Origin: Candidatus Latescibacterota bacterium
Lineage (GTDB): Bacteria > Latescibacterota > UBA2968 > GCA-2709665
Length of the DNA stretch: 64,000 nucleotides
Reading direction: 5' to 3'
Assembly: GCA_963662665.2 (NCBI GenBank)
Contig: CAXXJS010000028.1
Coordinates: forward strand, 1-64,000
The first letter of the stretch is position 1, and every line of letters starts with the position of its first letter. Below the pieces are notes generated by a model, which was not told the DNA's origin, did no database searches, and was given only the letters and a program-made list of their open reading frames with translations. The translations under genes were made by a program, and so were the position numbers. Shown one piece after another: positions 10,696 through 22,653 of the stretch.

Positions 10696-10774
10696 AAGAG
10701 TTATTAACATACTGAACTATATGAAAAATAACTGGATATCGAATACGGTACGCGGCGTGCAATCGTTGCGCTGG

Positions 10775-10807
10775 TGCCGTTTTTGCATAATTATGCCATT
10801 TTGGCAT
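10775..10807. promoter_or_regulatory. Candidate enhancer (activator-binding) palindromes
   Basis: ATGCCATTTTGGCAT (10793-10807) and the related TGCCGTTTTTGCA (10775-10787), about 100 bp upstream of the sigma54 site across an AT-rich spacer. Confidence 0.55.
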
Positions 10808-10876
10808 ATGAAAAGAGGGATGCCTGCATTCTTTGCAGCCATCGGGGGTGGGGGGCTCTCAATCGCTTTCCGTGCG

Positions 10877-12046
10877 CTACAGGCTGTCGCCGCGAACCGC
10901 AGCCACAACCGCTTCCGCCGCTTCTTTCAACTCGCGGGCGACCGTGAATTCAAGGTCCGAGTTCTCCAAAATCCTCGCGCCCGCTTCGGCGTTGGTCCCC
11001 TGCAGGCGTACCACGATCGGCAGGTCTACGGAAAATTCCTCCAACGCCTGGACAACACCCTCGGCGACCCGGTCGCAACGGACGATGCCACCGAAGATGT
11101 TGATGAGCACCGCTTTGACGCCGGCATCGGAAAGCAGGATACGGAAGGCGTTCCGAACGCGTTCCACGTTGGCGCCACCGCCCACGTCCAGGAAATTAGC
11201 CGGGGAAGACCCCGCGTATTTGACGATATCCATAGTCGCCATGGCAAGACCGGCGCCATTGACCATACAGCCGACCTCGCCGTCAAGCTTGATGTAGTTG
11301 AGGTCGAATTTGGAGGCGTCCACTTCCAGGGGGTCTTCCTCGTCGGTGTCGCGCAGTTCCAGGATATCTCCGTGGCGGAAGAGCGCGTTGTCGTCGAAGT
11401 TCATTTTAGCGTCCAAAGCCACCAGGCTGTCGTCTTCGGTGACCACGAGGGGGTTGATTTCGGCCAGGGAGCAGTCGGTGCCTGTGTAGGCTGCGTAGAG
11501 CCGGTCTATGAACCGCACACCCTGTTTGAACGCTCCTGACTCAAGGCCCAGACCGAAAGCCAGCCGGCGGGCCTGGAAGGGCTGAAGCCCTACCGCCGGG
11601 TCTATGGTCTCCCTCAGGATTTTTTCGGGTGTTTCGGCCGCCACTTCCTCGATGTCCATCCCACCCTCACGGGACGCCATAATGACCGGCCTGGAACGGT
11701 CCCGGTCCAATACCACGCCCAGGTAGAGTTCACGGGCGATATCGGTGGCGCTTTCGATCCACACCCGTTTGACGCGCTGCCCTTCAGGACCTGTCTGGGG
11801 GGTGACCAGATTCCGTCCGATCATGTCCCTGGCATATCCACAGGCTTCGTCCGGGTCCCGGGCGAGTTTGATGCCGCCGCCCTTGCCGCGGCCGCCCGCG
11901 TGGATCTGGGCCTTGACGGCGACGGCTCCGCCGAGTTCGGCCGCCGCGCGTCCGGCCTCGGCGGCCGTTGTCGCCAGGCGTCCATCGGGCACCGGTACGC
12001 CGTACGACTTGAGGATTTCCTTGGCCTGGTATTCGTGTATCTTCAT
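10877..12046 (-). CDS. sucC: Succinate--CoA ligase (ADP-forming) beta subunit
   Basis: [44 protein letters not shown]. Confidence 0.98.
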   Translation of the reverse strand: MKIHEYQAKEILKSYGVPVPDGRLATTAAEAGRAAAELGGAVAVKAQIHAGGRGKGGGIKLARDPDEACGYARDMIGRNLVTPQTGPEGQRVKRVWIESATDIARELYLGVVLDRDRSRPVIMASREGGMDIEEVAAETPEKILRETIDPAVGLQPFQARRLAFGLGLESGAFKQGVRFIDRLYAAYTGTDCSLAEINPLVVTEDDSLVALDAKMNFDDNALFRHGDILELRDTDEEDPLEVDASKFDLNYIKLDGEVGCMVNGAGLAMATMDIVKYAGSSPANFLDVGGGANVERVRNAFRILLSDAGVKAVLINIFGGIVRCDRVAEGVVQALEEFSVDLPIVVRLQGTNAEAGARILENSDLEFTVARELKEAAEAVVAAVRGDSL

Positions 12047-12080
12047 GGAGTCTCCTCGTGGGAGGGTCGTGGAGCGGATT

Positions 12081-13658
12081 TCAGCGCGTCTCTCTAAGGT
12101 CTTCTCCCGTCATGGCGTCCGGTTTCTGAAGGCCGAGCATGCCCAGAAGGGTGGGCGCAACGTCGCAGAGGCGGCCGCCGTTCCTCAGCCCGCCGCGAAA
12201 CGCCCGGTCGACAAGAATAAAGGGTGCGGGATTGGCGGTGTGGGCGGTGTGGGGTTCGCGGGTTTCGTGGTGAATCATCTGTTCGGCGTTGCCGTGGTCC
12301 GCTGTAACGATGGCCGCGCCGCCGACTTCGGCGATCGCAGCCAGGACCTGTCCCAGGCACTGGTCTACGGTCGCCACGGCTTCGACGGCCGCGTTGAACA
12401 CGCCGGTGTGGCCAACCATATCGGGGTTCGCGAAATTACAGATGGCGGCGTCGAAGCTCCTCGAGCGGATCGCGTCGACGAATTTTCGTGCCAGGACCCG
12501 CGCGCTCATTTCGGGCTTGTGATCGTAGGTGGGTACGTTCCTGGGAGAAGGGACGAGGATACGCGTTTCGCCTTCAAAAGGGTCCTCATGCTGGCCGTTG
12601 AAGAAATAGGTGACGTGCGCGTATTTTTCGGTTTCGGCGATGCGCAGTTGCCGGAGCCCGGCGTCGCTCAACGTCTTCCCGCAGACGTCCGGCATATCCT
12701 GGGCCAGATTTTCGGGCGAAAACGCAATCCCGTCCACGGGCAGGCCGGCTTCGTAACGCGTGAGGCACGTGTAGTGTGCCTCGGGGCGGGCTGCCCGCTC
12801 AAATCCGTCGAAACCCGGAAGTACGAAGGCACGGGTAATCTGCCGCATCCGGTCGCCCCGGAAATTGAAGCAGAGTACGGAATCGTCGTTCCGCACGGTC
12901 GCCAATGGACCCCCGTTTGGCCCGGCGATGACGATCGGCTTGACGAACTCGTCGGTTTCGTTGCGATCGTAGGCGTCCCGCAGGGCTTCGAACGGATCCC
13001 GTGCGCGCGTCCCCCGGCCGAGTGTCATGGCCTCGTAGGCCACGCGGACGCGGTCCCAGCGCAGGTCCCGGTCCATGGCGAAGTAGCGGCCGCAGACGGT
13101 GGCGATTCTGCCCACGCCGACCGACTCACACATTTCGTGAAGGGCGGTCAGATGGCGGATACCGCTTGTGGGCGGCGTGTCACGCCCGTCGAGCCACGCG
13201 TGGATGAAAACCTGATCCGGTCTCACCCGGCGGCCGGCGGCCATTTTGAGCAGACCGCTGTAGTGGTTGGGCCAGGAATGCACCCCCCCGTCGGACACCA
13301 GCCCGATCAGGTGGAGGCGCCGGTCTGTGCCGGCAACCCGGTCCATGGATGCAATCAGCGCTTCGTTCCGCGGAAAGCCGCCGTTCCTCACCCTGTCGTC
13401 GATCCGGGTGAGGGCCTGCATCACGACACGTCCCGCGCCCAGGTTGAGATGCCCGACTTCGGAGTTGCCGATCAATGGGTCGGGCAGACCAACGCTGCGT
13501 CCGTACGTCCGGAGAACCGTGGACGGGTACGTCGCGGCGATCCGGTCCATCGTTGGCGTATCGGCCAGCGCGACCGCGTTGTGGTCCTCGTTGGAGGAAA
13601 TGCCCCAGCCGTCGAGGACAATCAGGGCGACAAAACGTCGTTCCGGACAGGTCATCAC
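12081..13658 (-). CDS. gpmI: 2,3-bisphosphoglycerate-independent phosphoglycerate mutase
   Basis: [52 protein letters not shown]. Confidence 0.98.
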   Translation of the reverse strand: MMTCPERRFVALIVLDGWGISSNEDHNAVALADTPTMDRIAATYPSTVLRTYGRSVGLPDPLIGNSEVGHLNLGAGRVVMQALTRIDDRVRNGGFPRNEALIASMDRVAGTDRRLHLIGLVSDGGVHSWPNHYSGLLKMAAGRRVRPDQVFIHAWLDGRDTPPTSGIRHLTALHEMCESVGVGRIATVCGRYFAMDRDLRWDRVRVAYEAMTLGRGTRARDPFEALRDAYDRNETDEFVKPIVIAGPNGGPLATVRNDDSVLCFNFRGDRMRQITRAFVLPGFDGFERAARPEAHYTCLTRYEAGLPVDGIAFSPENLAQDMPDVCGKTLSDAGLRQLRIAETEKYAHVTYFFNGQHEDPFEGETRILVPSPRNVPTYDHKPEMSARVLARKFVDAIRSRSFDAAICNFANPDMVGHTGVFNAAVEAVATVDQCLGQVLAAIAEVGGAAIVTADHGNAEQMIHHETREPHTAHTANPAPFILVDRAFRGGLRNGGRLCDVAPTLLGMLGLQKPDAMTGEDLRETR

Positions 13659-13713
13659 GAGGTCGGAAAATAAGGTTTTGACTTACGAAAGGCAAGTTGA
13701 AACGGGAACGTTA

Positions 13714-14601
13714 TCAGCCTGTTCCGGAGAGTCTGGACGGGATGGTTTTCAGGAGCACCTGGTGGAAAGACCTTACAATGGGACGGGCGAAGGTGGTGTT
13801 GCGGCCTACAAGCGCGATCGGCCTGGAGAGCCCCGGTTCGGGGAAACGAATAAGCCCGCGGTCGGGAATGCCCAGTGCTCTGGCGATACCCAGCGGCACC
13901 AGTCCGTGTCCGAATCCGCACCGGGCCATCTGGGCGATGCCCGCGAACGATTGAAGCGTCTGTACTGTCTCTATATGTATGTTCCATTTCCCCGAGAGGA
14001 CCCTGATCCGCTGGTCCAGGTGGCGCCAGGTCGTGGCATGAGGTTCGATGGTGATGACCGGGAGCGTTGTGTCCCGGCGCAGTTGAAACGGCTTCAGGCC
14101 GGAGGACACCAGAACCATGGGCTCGTCCACGAGGGGCTCCGACGTCATGTCAGTGCTATATTTCCCCAGGTCCGCGCACAGCGCGAGCATATATTCGCCC
14201 GAGCGGACATTGTCAATGACAACGGGGCTTCTGTGGGCATTGATGACCAGTTCAAGCCGCGGGATGGCCTGTACGACGTCTGCAAGGACGGCTGAACCCC
14301 ACGAGGAGAGAATGGATTCGGAAATGCCAATGACAAGGCGGCTGCCCTGAACTGGAGACTCGTCCGCCACGGCCTCCCGCAAGGCAGCCATGAACGGCGC
14401 GGTCTTTTCGAGCAGTTGAATGCCCGCTGCGGTAAGCCGGACCCGTCTGCCAACGGGTTCTACGAGTTTCCGACCCAGCGCATTTTCCAGTGCGTCAATG
14501 CGCTTGCTGACTGCCGACTGGGAAATTCGCAGCCGGGTGCCCGCTTTGGTCATCGTGCCGGCTTCGGAAAGCGCAGCCAGGGTTTCGATGTTCTCGATCA
14601 C
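13714..14601 (-). CDS. LysR family transcriptional regulator
   Basis: HTH TMTKAGTRLRISQSAVSKRIDALE...LTAAG; GGAGG SD before GTG 14601; divergent from acnA. Confidence 0.93.
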   Translation of the reverse strand: MIENIETLAALSEAGTMTKAGTRLRISQSAVSKRIDALENALGRKLVEPVGRRVRLTAAGIQLLEKTAPFMAALREAVADESPVQGSRLVIGISESILSSWGSAVLADVVQAIPRLELVINAHRSPVVIDNVRSGEYMLALCADLGKYSTDMTSEPLVDEPMVLVSSGLKPFQLRRDTTLPVITIEPHATTWRHLDQRIRVLSGKWNIHIETVQTLQSFAGIAQMARCGFGHGLVPLGIARALGIPDRGLIRFPEPGLSRPIALVGRNTTFARPIVRSFHQVLLKTIPSRLSGTG

Positions 14602-15029
14602 ATCTAACGTCCTCCGTATGGGGAACCCTCCCCGCCTCGTCCGCCACAACCTATTCCTTTTCGGAATATAATCTATAACAACGATTCGCTTTTGTATTGT
14701 ATTGAATTTAGCTAAATTAGATCCTGATGTAAAGTGGCAACCCGCCATTCACGAATCTGGGGGTGCCCGGACCCCGAGTCGTTCCCCGAGCCTGCGGTTC
14801 CTGAGCCTGTCGACGGGTCGGCGAAAGGCAATGCAACGCAACCCGACAGGATGATCCGCCGCCTGCCTGTGCGTGCTGCCTCACACACGCAGACAGGGAA
14901 GAATAGCGCCATATTTCTGTAGCTGAACACCGAATTCCGGCCTTGCGAACTTTAGATTATATTATATATTTTGTAAGCATCCATCATTTTATTCTGGGTT
15001 TTCACTGTCATGCCTCCCCTGGACCCGGG

Positions 15030-15212
15030 GCCTGACCTACCCCCTAACCCCCTTCCCAAGGGAAGGGGGAACGGTGATGGGTCGATGTACTGGGCTTTCG
15101 ATCGTGCCGGGATGGCGTTTGCCTATCAATCAGAGTGTCTTTAGGAGACCGGCAAGGCGATGCCTGCACTTGCTCCCCCTCTCCCTTGGGAGAGGGGGCC
15201 GGGGGGAGAGGT
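15030..15212. repeat. Intergenic G/C-tract hairpin repeats (CCTCTCCCCCCGGCCCCCTCTCCC family)
   Basis: CCCCCTTCCCAAGGGAAGGGG and CCCCCTCTCCCTTGGGAGAGGGGGCCGGGGGGAGAGGTC. Homologous copies at about 8125, 55281, 61670 and 61830. Confidence 0.75.
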
Positions 15213-15317
15213 CCCGCGCCATCGTTGCCCACGTCAAGGCGCTGACATTGGCGAATTGTTTTCGCCAGTCCATATCGCTAACGGGTTTTAGCTGATTGCT
15301 TTTTGAGGGTTATCGTT

Positions 15318-18017
15318 ATGAAAAATATCAAGGATCCCTTCGGACTGCGTGACAGGCTTTCCACCGCAGGCGGCGACGTCCACTTCTATCGCCTGGATCG
15401 AATGGAGGCGGCCGGCGTCGGCGCGGTTTCGAAACTGCCCTTTACCATAAAGGTGTTGCTGGAGGCCGCGCTGCGGAATCTGGACGACTATCTGGTAACC
15501 GAAGACGATGCGGCGGGGCTTGCCGGATGGAATGCGGCGGCGCCCACACAGGCGGAAATCCCTTTCTTGCCGGCGCGCGTGGTATTGCAGGATTTCACCG
15601 GCGTGCCCTCTCTCGTCGACCTGGCCGCGCTCCGTTCCGCCATGGCCCGGATGGGAAAGGATCCACGGCGGATCGAGCCGCAGATTCCGGCCGACCTGGT
15701 GATCGACCATTCCGTGCAGGTCGACCGCTTTGCCCGTCATGACGCGTTGCGTATCAACGCGCAGATCGAATTTGAACGGAACCGGGAGCGGTATGAGTTC
15801 CTGCGGTGGGGGGCCAACGCGTTCGAAAAGTTTCGGGTGGTGCCGCCCGCCACGGGAATCGTGCACCAGGTAAACCTGGAATACCTGGCGAAGGGCGTTA
15901 TGCGCCAGCGGGGTGTGGCGTTTCCGGACAGCCTGGTGGGAACGGATTCCCATACCACCATGATCAACGGCCTCGGCGTGCTGGGGTGGGGCGTTGGCGG
16001 GATCGAGGCCGAGGCGGTCATGTTGGGTCAGCCAGTCTATATGGCAACGCCCGAGGTGGTGGGATTCAAGCTGCACGGCAGCCTGCCAGAAGGCGCCACC
16101 GCCACGGACCTCGCGCTGACGGTAACCCAGATGCTGCGTGCAAAAGGCGTGGTCGGCAAGTTCGTGGAGTTCTACGGCACGGGTCTGTCGAGCATCAGCC
16201 TGGCCGACCGCGCAACCATTGCGAATATGGCGCCGGAATACGGCGCAACCGTGGGCTTCTTCCCTGTGGACGCGGAAACGTTGCGTTACCTGGAGCGCAC
16301 CGCGAGGTCGGCCGACGAGGTCGACCTGGTGGCGCGGTATACCCGGGCGCAGGGTCTTTTCCGTACGGACGAAACGCCCGAACCCGAGTTTACGGAAACG
16401 CTCGAGATGGACCTGGGCGCCGTGGAACCGAGTCTGGCCGGGCCGAAACGGCCGCAGGACCGTGTGCCGCTGGAGGCCATGAAGCGGGGTTTCGAGCAGG
16501 CGTTAGCGTCGCCCGTCGGTCACAACGGGTTCGGGGTGGACGAAAAGGTTCGTGGGAGAAAATTGACCGTGGCGGCCAACGGCCGTTCCCGGATCGGACA
16601 CGGCGCGGTGGTGATCGCGGCGATTACCAGTTGTACGAACACGAGCAATCCATCGGTGATGGTGGGCGCGGGGCTTCTGGCGAGGAAGGCCGTGGAACGG
16701 GGCCTTACGGTGCCATCGTACGTGAAGACAAGTCTGGCGCCGGGGTCCCGCGTGGTCACGGATTATCTGAACGCGGCGGGCTTAACGCCCTACCTGGAAC
16801 GACTTGGATTCCACACGGTCGGGTACGGATGCACCACCTGCATCGGCAACAGCGGTCCGCTGCCGGAGCCGGTGGTGGCTGCTATTGACGAAGGCGACCT
16901 GGTGGCGGCGTCGGTCCTGTCGGGCAACCGGAATTTTGAGGGACGGGTGAACCCGCACGTCAAGGCGAATTATCTTGCGTCTCCGCCCCTTGTGGTGGCC
17001 TACGCCCTGGCGGGCAGGGTCGACGTGGACCTGGCGAACGAGCCGCTGGGTGAGGATACCGATGGAAATCCGGTGAACCTGAGCGACATCTGGCCCACCC
17101 AGGAGGAAATCTCCGATACCATCGCGCAGGCGCTGAAGCCCGAAATGTTCGAATCGCAGTACAGCAACGTGTTCGACGGCAACAAGACCTGGAACGCCAT
17201 TACCGGGCAGGAAACGGCGCAGTATTCGTGGAATGCGGACAGCACCTACGTGCAGGAGCCTCCGTTCTTCCGGGATCTGTCCGAAGACCCGGCGCCAGTC
17301 CGGGAAATACATGGGGCCCGGGTGCTTGTGATGCTGGGCGATTCCGTGACAACCGACCACATTTCACCGGCGGGAAGTATCGCGGTGGACAGCCCGGCCG
17401 GACGTTATCTCATTGATAGCGGCGTGGCGCCGAAAGATTTCAACTCCTACGGGTCCCGTCGGGGCAATCACGAAGTGATGGTGCGAGGGACGTTCGCGAA
17501 TATCCGCATCCGCAACTTGCTGGCGCCGGGGACGGAGGGCGGCGTGACCGTTCATCTGCCCGGCGGCGGGCAGATGGCAATTTACGACGCGGCGGTGCGC
17601 TACGCGCAGGAGGATGTGCCGCTCGTCGTTCTGTCCGGAAGGGAATACGGCGCTGGGTCATCGCGGGACTGGGCGGCCAAAGGGCCGGCGCTACAGGGAG
17701 TGCGGGCGGTGATCGCCCAGAGCTACGAAAGGATTCATCGGAGCAATCTGGTGGGTATGGGCGTGCTGCCGCTGCAGTTCAAACCGGGCGAAAGCGCGGC
17801 ATCGCTGGGGCTCACGGGCAGGGAGGTGTTCGACATCGCGGGCATCGGCGACGACCTGCGCCCGCTTCAGGACGCAGCGGTAACCGCGACGGCAAAGGAT
17901 GGCGCCGTAACGACGTTCACGGCAACGGTGCGCATCGATACGCCCGTGGAAATCGACTACTATCGGAACGGAGGTATTCTGCACACGGTCCTCAGGAATT
18001 TCCTGAGGGAACCCTGA
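15318..18017 (+). CDS. acnA: Aconitate hydratase AcnA
   Basis: [54 protein letters not shown]. Confidence 0.99.
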   Translation: MKNIKDPFGLRDRLSTAGGDVHFYRLDRMEAAGVGAVSKLPFTIKVLLEAALRNLDDYLVTEDDAAGLAGWNAAAPTQAEIPFLPARVVLQDFTGVPSLVDLAALRSAMARMGKDPRRIEPQIPADLVIDHSVQVDRFARHDALRINAQIEFERNRERYEFLRWGANAFEKFRVVPPATGIVHQVNLEYLAKGVMRQRGVAFPDSLVGTDSHTTMINGLGVLGWGVGGIEAEAVMLGQPVYMATPEVVGFKLHGSLPEGATATDLALTVTQMLRAKGVVGKFVEFYGTGLSSISLADRATIANMAPEYGATVGFFPVDAETLRYLERTARSADEVDLVARYTRAQGLFRTDETPEPEFTETLEMDLGAVEPSLAGPKRPQDRVPLEAMKRGFEQALASPVGHNGFGVDEKVRGRKLTVAANGRSRIGHGAVVIAAITSCTNTSNPSVMVGAGLLARKAVERGLTVPSYVKTSLAPGSRVVTDYLNAAGLTPYLERLGFHTVGYGCTTCIGNSGPLPEPVVAAIDEGDLVAASVLSGNRNFEGRVNPHVKANYLASPPLVVAYALAGRVDVDLANEPLGEDTDGNPVNLSDIWPTQEEISDTIAQALKPEMFESQYSNVFDGNKTWNAITGQETAQYSWNADSTYVQEPPFFRDLSEDPAPVREIHGARVLVMLGDSVTTDHISPAGSIAVDSPAGRYLIDSGVAPKDFNSYGSRRGNHEVMVRGTFANIRIRNLLAPGTEGGVTVHLPGGGQMAIYDAAVRYAQEDVPLVVLSGREYGAGSSRDWAAKGPALQGVRAVIAQSYERIHRSNLVGMGVLPLQFKPGESAASLGLTGREVFDIAGIGDDLRPLQDAAVTATAKDGAVTTFTATVRIDTPVEIDYYRNGGILHTVLRNFLREP

Positions 18018-18147
18018 TCTCCGATTTCGCGCCGGTCACGGAAACCTGCAGGCTCCCGGCCCGGACCACAAATAAAGAAAAGCGGCCGGATCCTTCAGGT
18101 CCCCGGCCGTAATATAACTCCCGATGGTGCGTAGATCGAAGCTATTT

Positions 18148-19071
18148 CTAGAAACTCAGTTTCCCAACGCTGGATCGAACTTCCTCGGCGGATGCCTGAA
18201 ACGCATTCTGTTCGTCCGGCGTGAGGCCAATTTCGATGATTTCCTCGATGCCTGAAGCGCCCAGTTTTACCGGCACACCCATAAACAGGTCCTGGACGCC
18301 GTACTGCCCGGTAAGCCAGGCAGCGCAAGGGAGGATGCGTTTTTTGTCCCACACGATGGCCGCCACCATTTCCGCAATGGCCGAAGCGGGCGCATAAAAG
18401 GCGCTGCCGGTTTTGAGGTGTCCGACAATTTCGGCGCCGCCGTTCCGCGTGCGTTCAACCAGCCTTTCGATGACGGTGTCGTCGAGCAGTTCGGAAAGCG
18501 GAATCCCGGCCACCGACGAGTAGCGGGGCAGGGGCACCATGGAATCGCCGTGGCCGCCCAGAACGAAGGCGGTAACGTCTTCCACGGAAACATCCAGTTC
18601 ACCAGCAATGAAATAACGAAACCGAGCAGAATCCAGAATGCCCGCCATGCCGACGACATGAGCGGGCGAAAATTTCGTAACTTTCAGCGCCACGTAAGCC
18701 ATTGCGTCGAGGGGATTCGTTACCACGATGACAATGGCGTCGGGCGCTGTTTCTTTAACGCGTTCACAAACCGAACCGACGATGTCCGCGTTTGTGGCCA
18801 GCAGGTCGTCCCGTGTCATACCGGGCTTACGCGCCAGGCCGGCGGTAATGACGACGATGTCGGATCCGGACAGGCTGCCGGAATCGCTCGTACCTGTAAC
18901 CCGGGTGTCGAAGCGGTCAACAGGCGACGCCTGCGCAAGGTCCAGGGCTTTGCCCTGTGGAATGCCCTCGGCGACGTCCAGCAGTATCAGTTCGCGGGCG
19001 AGCTCCCGTTCCGCTATATGCAAAGCGGCGGTCGCTCCCACGTTGCCGGCGCCAACCACTGCGATCTTCAA
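18148..19071 (-). CDS. mdh: Malate dehydrogenase (LDH-like)
   Basis: [36 protein letters not shown] start. Confidence 0.97.
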   Translation of the reverse strand: MKIAVVGAGNVGATAALHIAERELARELILLDVAEGIPQGKALDLAQASPVDRFDTRVTGTSDSGSLSGSDIVVITAGLARKPGMTRDDLLATNADIVGSVCERVKETAPDAIVIVVTNPLDAMAYVALKVTKFSPAHVVGMAGILDSARFRYFIAGELDVSVEDVTAFVLGGHGDSMVPLPRYSSVAGIPLSELLDDTVIERLVERTRNGGAEIVGHLKTGSAFYAPASAIAEMVAAIVWDKKRILPCAAWLTGQYGVQDLFMGVPVKLGASGIEEIIEIGLTPDEQNAFQASAEEVRSSVGKLSF

Positions 19072-19078
19072 TGCTGGG

Positions 19079-19339
19079 CTACTCCGCTTTTGGGTAAACG
19101 CTGACCTTTTTGCGGCGCTTGTTCAGGTTCTGGAAGGTCACAACGCCGTCGACCAGTGCAAAAAGCGAATCGTCTTTGGCGCGCCTGACCATGTCTCCCG
19201 GATGGATCCGGGTGCCGCGCTGCCGGACAATGATGCTGCCGGCGGTGACAAACTGCCCGCCGAAGACCTTGACGCCCAGGCGTTGTCCCTGGCTGTCGCG
19301 GCCGTTCCGGGAACTTCCGACCCCTTTTTTGTGGGCCAT
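19079..19339 (-). CDS. rpmA: 50S ribosomal protein L27
   Basis: [16 protein letters not shown]...RLGVK...IIVRQRGT. Confidence 0.99.
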   Translation of the reverse strand: MAHKKGVGSSRNGRDSQGQRLGVKVFGGQFVTAGSIIVRQRGTRIHPGDMVRRAKDDSLFALVDGVVTFQNLNKRRKKVSVYPKAE

Positions 19340-19407
19340 ATCGTCGACCTCCTCCCCCTGCCTCCGGACTGCGCACTAGCGAATAAAGTGCCGGATCAGG
19401 GGTGCCA

Positions 19408-19719
19408 TTATGCAGAAATACCGTCGATCCGTAGTTCCGTATAGGGCTGCCGATGGCCGTTTTTCCGCCGGTAACCCTTTCGACGCTTCATTTTGAAAAT
19501 GATGACTTTGTCGTGTTTTCCGTGCCCCAGGACGCTGGCCTCGACGGCGGCCCCGTCAACCTGCGGCCGCCCGATGCTGGTTTCGCCGTCTTTCGATACC
19601 AGAAGAACCCGATCCAGGGTGACTGATTCACCGGTTTCGGCCTTCAGGCGGGAGACGCGAATGCGATCTCCTTCCTGAACCTTGACCTGTTGACCGGCGA
19701 TGTCTACAACCGCGTACAT
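19408..19719 (-). CDS. rplU: 50S ribosomal protein L21
   Basis: MYAVVDIAGQQVKV...KRRKGYRRKNGHRQPYT; GGAGG SD. Confidence 0.99.
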   Translation of the reverse strand: MYAVVDIAGQQVKVQEGDRIRVSRLKAETGESVTLDRVLLVSKDGETSIGRPQVDGAAVEASVLGHGKHDKVIIFKMKRRKGYRRKNGHRQPYTELRIDGISA

Positions 19720-19806
19720 GAAAAAACCTCCAGAATTCGTGTTGTTGCAACCGGCCGTTTCAACCGCAAAACGGGCCGAAAACGGTAACAAAGACCGGCT
19801 GTTTTG

Positions 19807-21354
19807 TCAAGTCTTAAATTTGTCCGTAATGTCCTGATTTAGTTTCCGGGAATACATCCGGTAGGCGTCAACGGAAAGGTCGGGGTCGTTTTCCACGTTC
19901 AGCCACACACGCGTGGACCTTCGCAGCCTCTTAAGGCGTTCGCGACGGTTTTCGAGGATGAATTCCCCCACCGTGGGGTTGACATGCACGGTAAGTCTTC
20001 GTTCAACCGAGGCGGCACGGGACCTCTTGAGCCACCGCTCGATGCGCGCCAGGGTGGACTCCCGGCTGGGTACGCGCCCGCTGCCGTGGCAGTTGGGACA
20101 GGATTCGCTGAAGATGAACATGAGGCTCGGGCGTACCCTCTGGCGGGTCATTTCCATGAGACCGAATTCGCTGATCTCCGAGAAACGGGGCTTGGAACGG
20201 TCCCGGCGAACGGCCTGCCGGAATTCCTGCTCCACCTTCTTCCGGTTCTGTACGATGGCCATATCGATGAAATCGATCACGATGATGCCGCCGATGTCAC
20301 GCAGGCGAAGCTGCCGCGCGATTTCTCTGGCGGCCTCGAGGTTGATTTTCAATATGTTTTCTTCCTGGTTCGACCTGCCCACGAATCGGCCGCTGTTCAC
20401 GTCTATGGCAAATAAAGCCTCGGTGTGATCCAGAACCAGGTATCCGCCACCCTTCAGCCAGACCCTTCGGTCCGAACATTTCTCAATTTCACTCTCGACA
20501 CCGAATGCGTCGAAGATGGGAGCGCTGTCTCTGTGGTATTCCACCCGGCCGCGGAGGTGCGGCGACGTGGATTTGAGGTAGGCCAGGATCTTCTTGTATT
20601 CCTGTTTTGCGTCTACCACCAGGCGGTCGACGTCGTCGGTAAACAGGTCGCGGATCAGGCTGGACGTCATGCCCATTTCCTTGTGCAGAATGCTGGCCGG
20701 GTCGGTGTTTCGGTACTGTTTCTGAATGCGCGACCAGGCGTTCATCAATTGCTTCAGGTCTCGCATCATCTCCCGGTCGCCCTTGCCGGAGGCTTCGGTC
20801 CGCACAATGATGCCGTAACCGTCGGGGCGCATGTCGCGGCCAAGGTCCTTCAGCCGTCGTTTTTCGGACATGTTGGTGATTTTTCGGGAAACGCCCACCT
20901 TCTCCCCGTTGGGCACCAGCACCATAAACCTCCCGGGGAGGGAGGGTACGGCCGTTACCCTGGGTCCCTTCGTGCCAATGGGTTCCTTCTTGACCTGAAC
21001 AAGGACCTCCTGGCCCTTCTGGATGAGACCTTCTATGGGAATGACCGATCTGCCGTTTACGTGGGTTCGCGCGTCGATTTCCTCGAGAGTTTCTTCATCC
21101 AGCCCCACCATTGACCCTCGCGAACCGGGCATATCGGACGCATGAAGAAATGCGCTCTTTTCCAAACCGATATCCACAAAAGCGGCCTGCATTCCCGGGA
21201 GCACCGCGGAGACTTTTCCCTTGTAGACGTCGCCGACCATGCGCTCTTTCTCCCCACATTCGACGAGGATTTCAACCAGCTTTCCATCTTCCATAACAGC
21301 AATTCGAGATTCGTGGGACCCTACGTTTATTACAATTTCGTTCTTCACTTGCAC
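19807..21354 (-). CDS. rng: Rne/Rng family ribonuclease (RNase G-like)
   Basis: S1 domain VLPGMQAAFVDIG, KEPIGTKGP, IDVNSG, RLRDIGGIIVIDFIDM, CPNCHGSG. Confidence 0.93.
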   Translation of the reverse strand: MQVKNEIVINVGSHESRIAVMEDGKLVEILVECGEKERMVGDVYKGKVSAVLPGMQAAFVDIGLEKSAFLHASDMPGSRGSMVGLDEETLEEIDARTHVNGRSVIPIEGLIQKGQEVLVQVKKEPIGTKGPRVTAVPSLPGRFMVLVPNGEKVGVSRKITNMSEKRRLKDLGRDMRPDGYGIIVRTEASGKGDREMMRDLKQLMNAWSRIQKQYRNTDPASILHKEMGMTSSLIRDLFTDDVDRLVVDAKQEYKKILAYLKSTSPHLRGRVEYHRDSAPIFDAFGVESEIEKCSDRRVWLKGGGYLVLDHTEALFAIDVNSGRFVGRSNQEENILKINLEAAREIARQLRLRDIGGIIVIDFIDMAIVQNRKKVEQEFRQAVRRDRSKPRFSEISEFGLMEMTRQRVRPSLMFIFSESCPNCHGSGRVPSRESTLARIERWLKRSRAASVERRLTVHVNPTVGEFILENRRERLKRLRRSTRVWLNVENDPDLSVDAYRMYSRKLNQDITDKFKT

Positions 21355-21388
21355 CTAACCCTTCTTATAACCATCTGGTATTATTGTA

Positions 21389-21406
21389 TGTTACAAAAAT
21401 GTAACA
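21389..21406. promoter_or_regulatory. Palindromic operator candidate upstream of rng-rplU-rpmA-mdh
   Basis: TGTTACA-AAAA-TGTAACA, a perfect 7-bp inverted repeat in an AT-rich stretch 35 nt upstream of the start. Confidence 0.5.
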
Positions 21407-21491
21407 AAAACACGGACCGTGGACAAGGAGATTGTTCCAACGCCGCGGCATGTACGCGTGAGCCGGGCGTTCGGTCTCCAGTTCACAAACC

Positions 21492-22229
21492 CTACTTTGC
21501 AACGACCCGCCTTGGGAATATCGTGATCTCTTCCACGATCGCCCGGCCGGGCAGCTGCGCGACCATCAGCGCGGCGGCGGCGACGTCTTCCGGCGGGAGC
21601 GCGGCAGCTCGTTTTTCGTCTGAAACAGGGTTGGGGCGGAGATCCAGGATGGGCGTGTCGACCTCTCCCGGAAAGATACAACACGCCCGGATGCCGGTCT
21701 CGCGGAACTCGGCATTGATGGACTGGTTCAGGGCGGCCATTCCGAATTTGGATGCGCAGTAGGCCACGCCGGCGACCATCCCGGACCGTTTTCCCGCCAT
21801 TGATGAGATATTGACGACCAGGCCGTCGCCCTGTTTCTCCATTTGCGGCATTACGGCACGAAATGCATTAAATGCGCCGGTGAGATTGATGTCAACCACG
21901 CGGTCCCAGTCCTCGTCGGAGATATCTCTGAGGCCCCGCTTCAGGGTGTTGATACCGGCGTTGTTTACCAGGATATCGATCCGCCCGAAACGCTCTACCG
22001 TGCGATCCGAGAGGGTTTTGACAGACTCCCGGCAGGTGACGTCGGCCGGAACACAAACTGTCTCCGCCTGGGGATTGCGCGCCATTTCCGCGGTTTCTTC
22101 AAGGGCGTTGGCGCGGCGTCCGGCGAGGACGCAATTCATGCCTGCATTGGTAAACGCCACGGCAATGGCGCGGCCGATACCCGTACCGGCGCCCGTGACG
22201 ACGGCGGTTTTTGCTTCAGAGCCTGTCAT
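21492..22229 (-). CDS. SDR family oxidoreductase
   Basis: TGAGTGIG, NNAG, YCASK. Confidence 0.95.
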   Translation of the reverse strand: MTGSEAKTAVVTGAGTGIGRAIAVAFTNAGMNCVLAGRRANALEETAEMARNPQAETVCVPADVTCRESVKTLSDRTVERFGRIDILVNNAGINTLKRGLRDISDEDWDRVVDINLTGAFNAFRAVMPQMEKQGDGLVVNISSMAGKRSGMVAGVAYCASKFGMAALNQSINAEFRETGIRACCIFPGEVDTPILDLRPNPVSDEKRAAALPPEDVAAAALMVAQLPGRAIVEEITIFPRRVVAK

Positions 22230-22653
22230 GTAGATTTAAACTCCGGGATAGACATGGGTAGGGACTTCAAGACGAAAATCCGGCCGACGATGGCAGCGTA
22301 CCCGGCGGGTACCGCGGCAGCGCTGATCCGTTGCTTTCAACGCTTTGCGCACATGGTTAATGTAGGCATTCGATGCGCGAATGTCAAATCACGGACTTTG
22401 AAGAATCGCGTTACCGGCGAACGGGTTAGCAACGTTGCGGGAAGACACCGAGAAGTGAAGGCTGCGCTTCTTCGTTCGGGGTTTGCCGGTGCGGTTTGCC
22501 GGCTTGCCACGGGATCAACCGCATTTCGGGCGAACCCGGTATGCTGCACCGATCCTGGCGGTACCCGAATTGAAGGGCCGGTTTTGAAGTGACATTTGAA
22601 CCCGGTTTGTATATATTTATTGGCCGATGTCAGGGCATTGCAAAGGGTCTCCA

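Noticed and set aside
11745-13673. 642-aa ORF on the plus strand
   Set aside because: Antisense shadow of gpmI/sucC, typical of high-GC DNA; no recognisable motifs.
22230-22653. Possible Moco riboswitch upstream of moeA
   Set aside because: Long intergenic region, but I could not identify the conserved Moco RNA motif.
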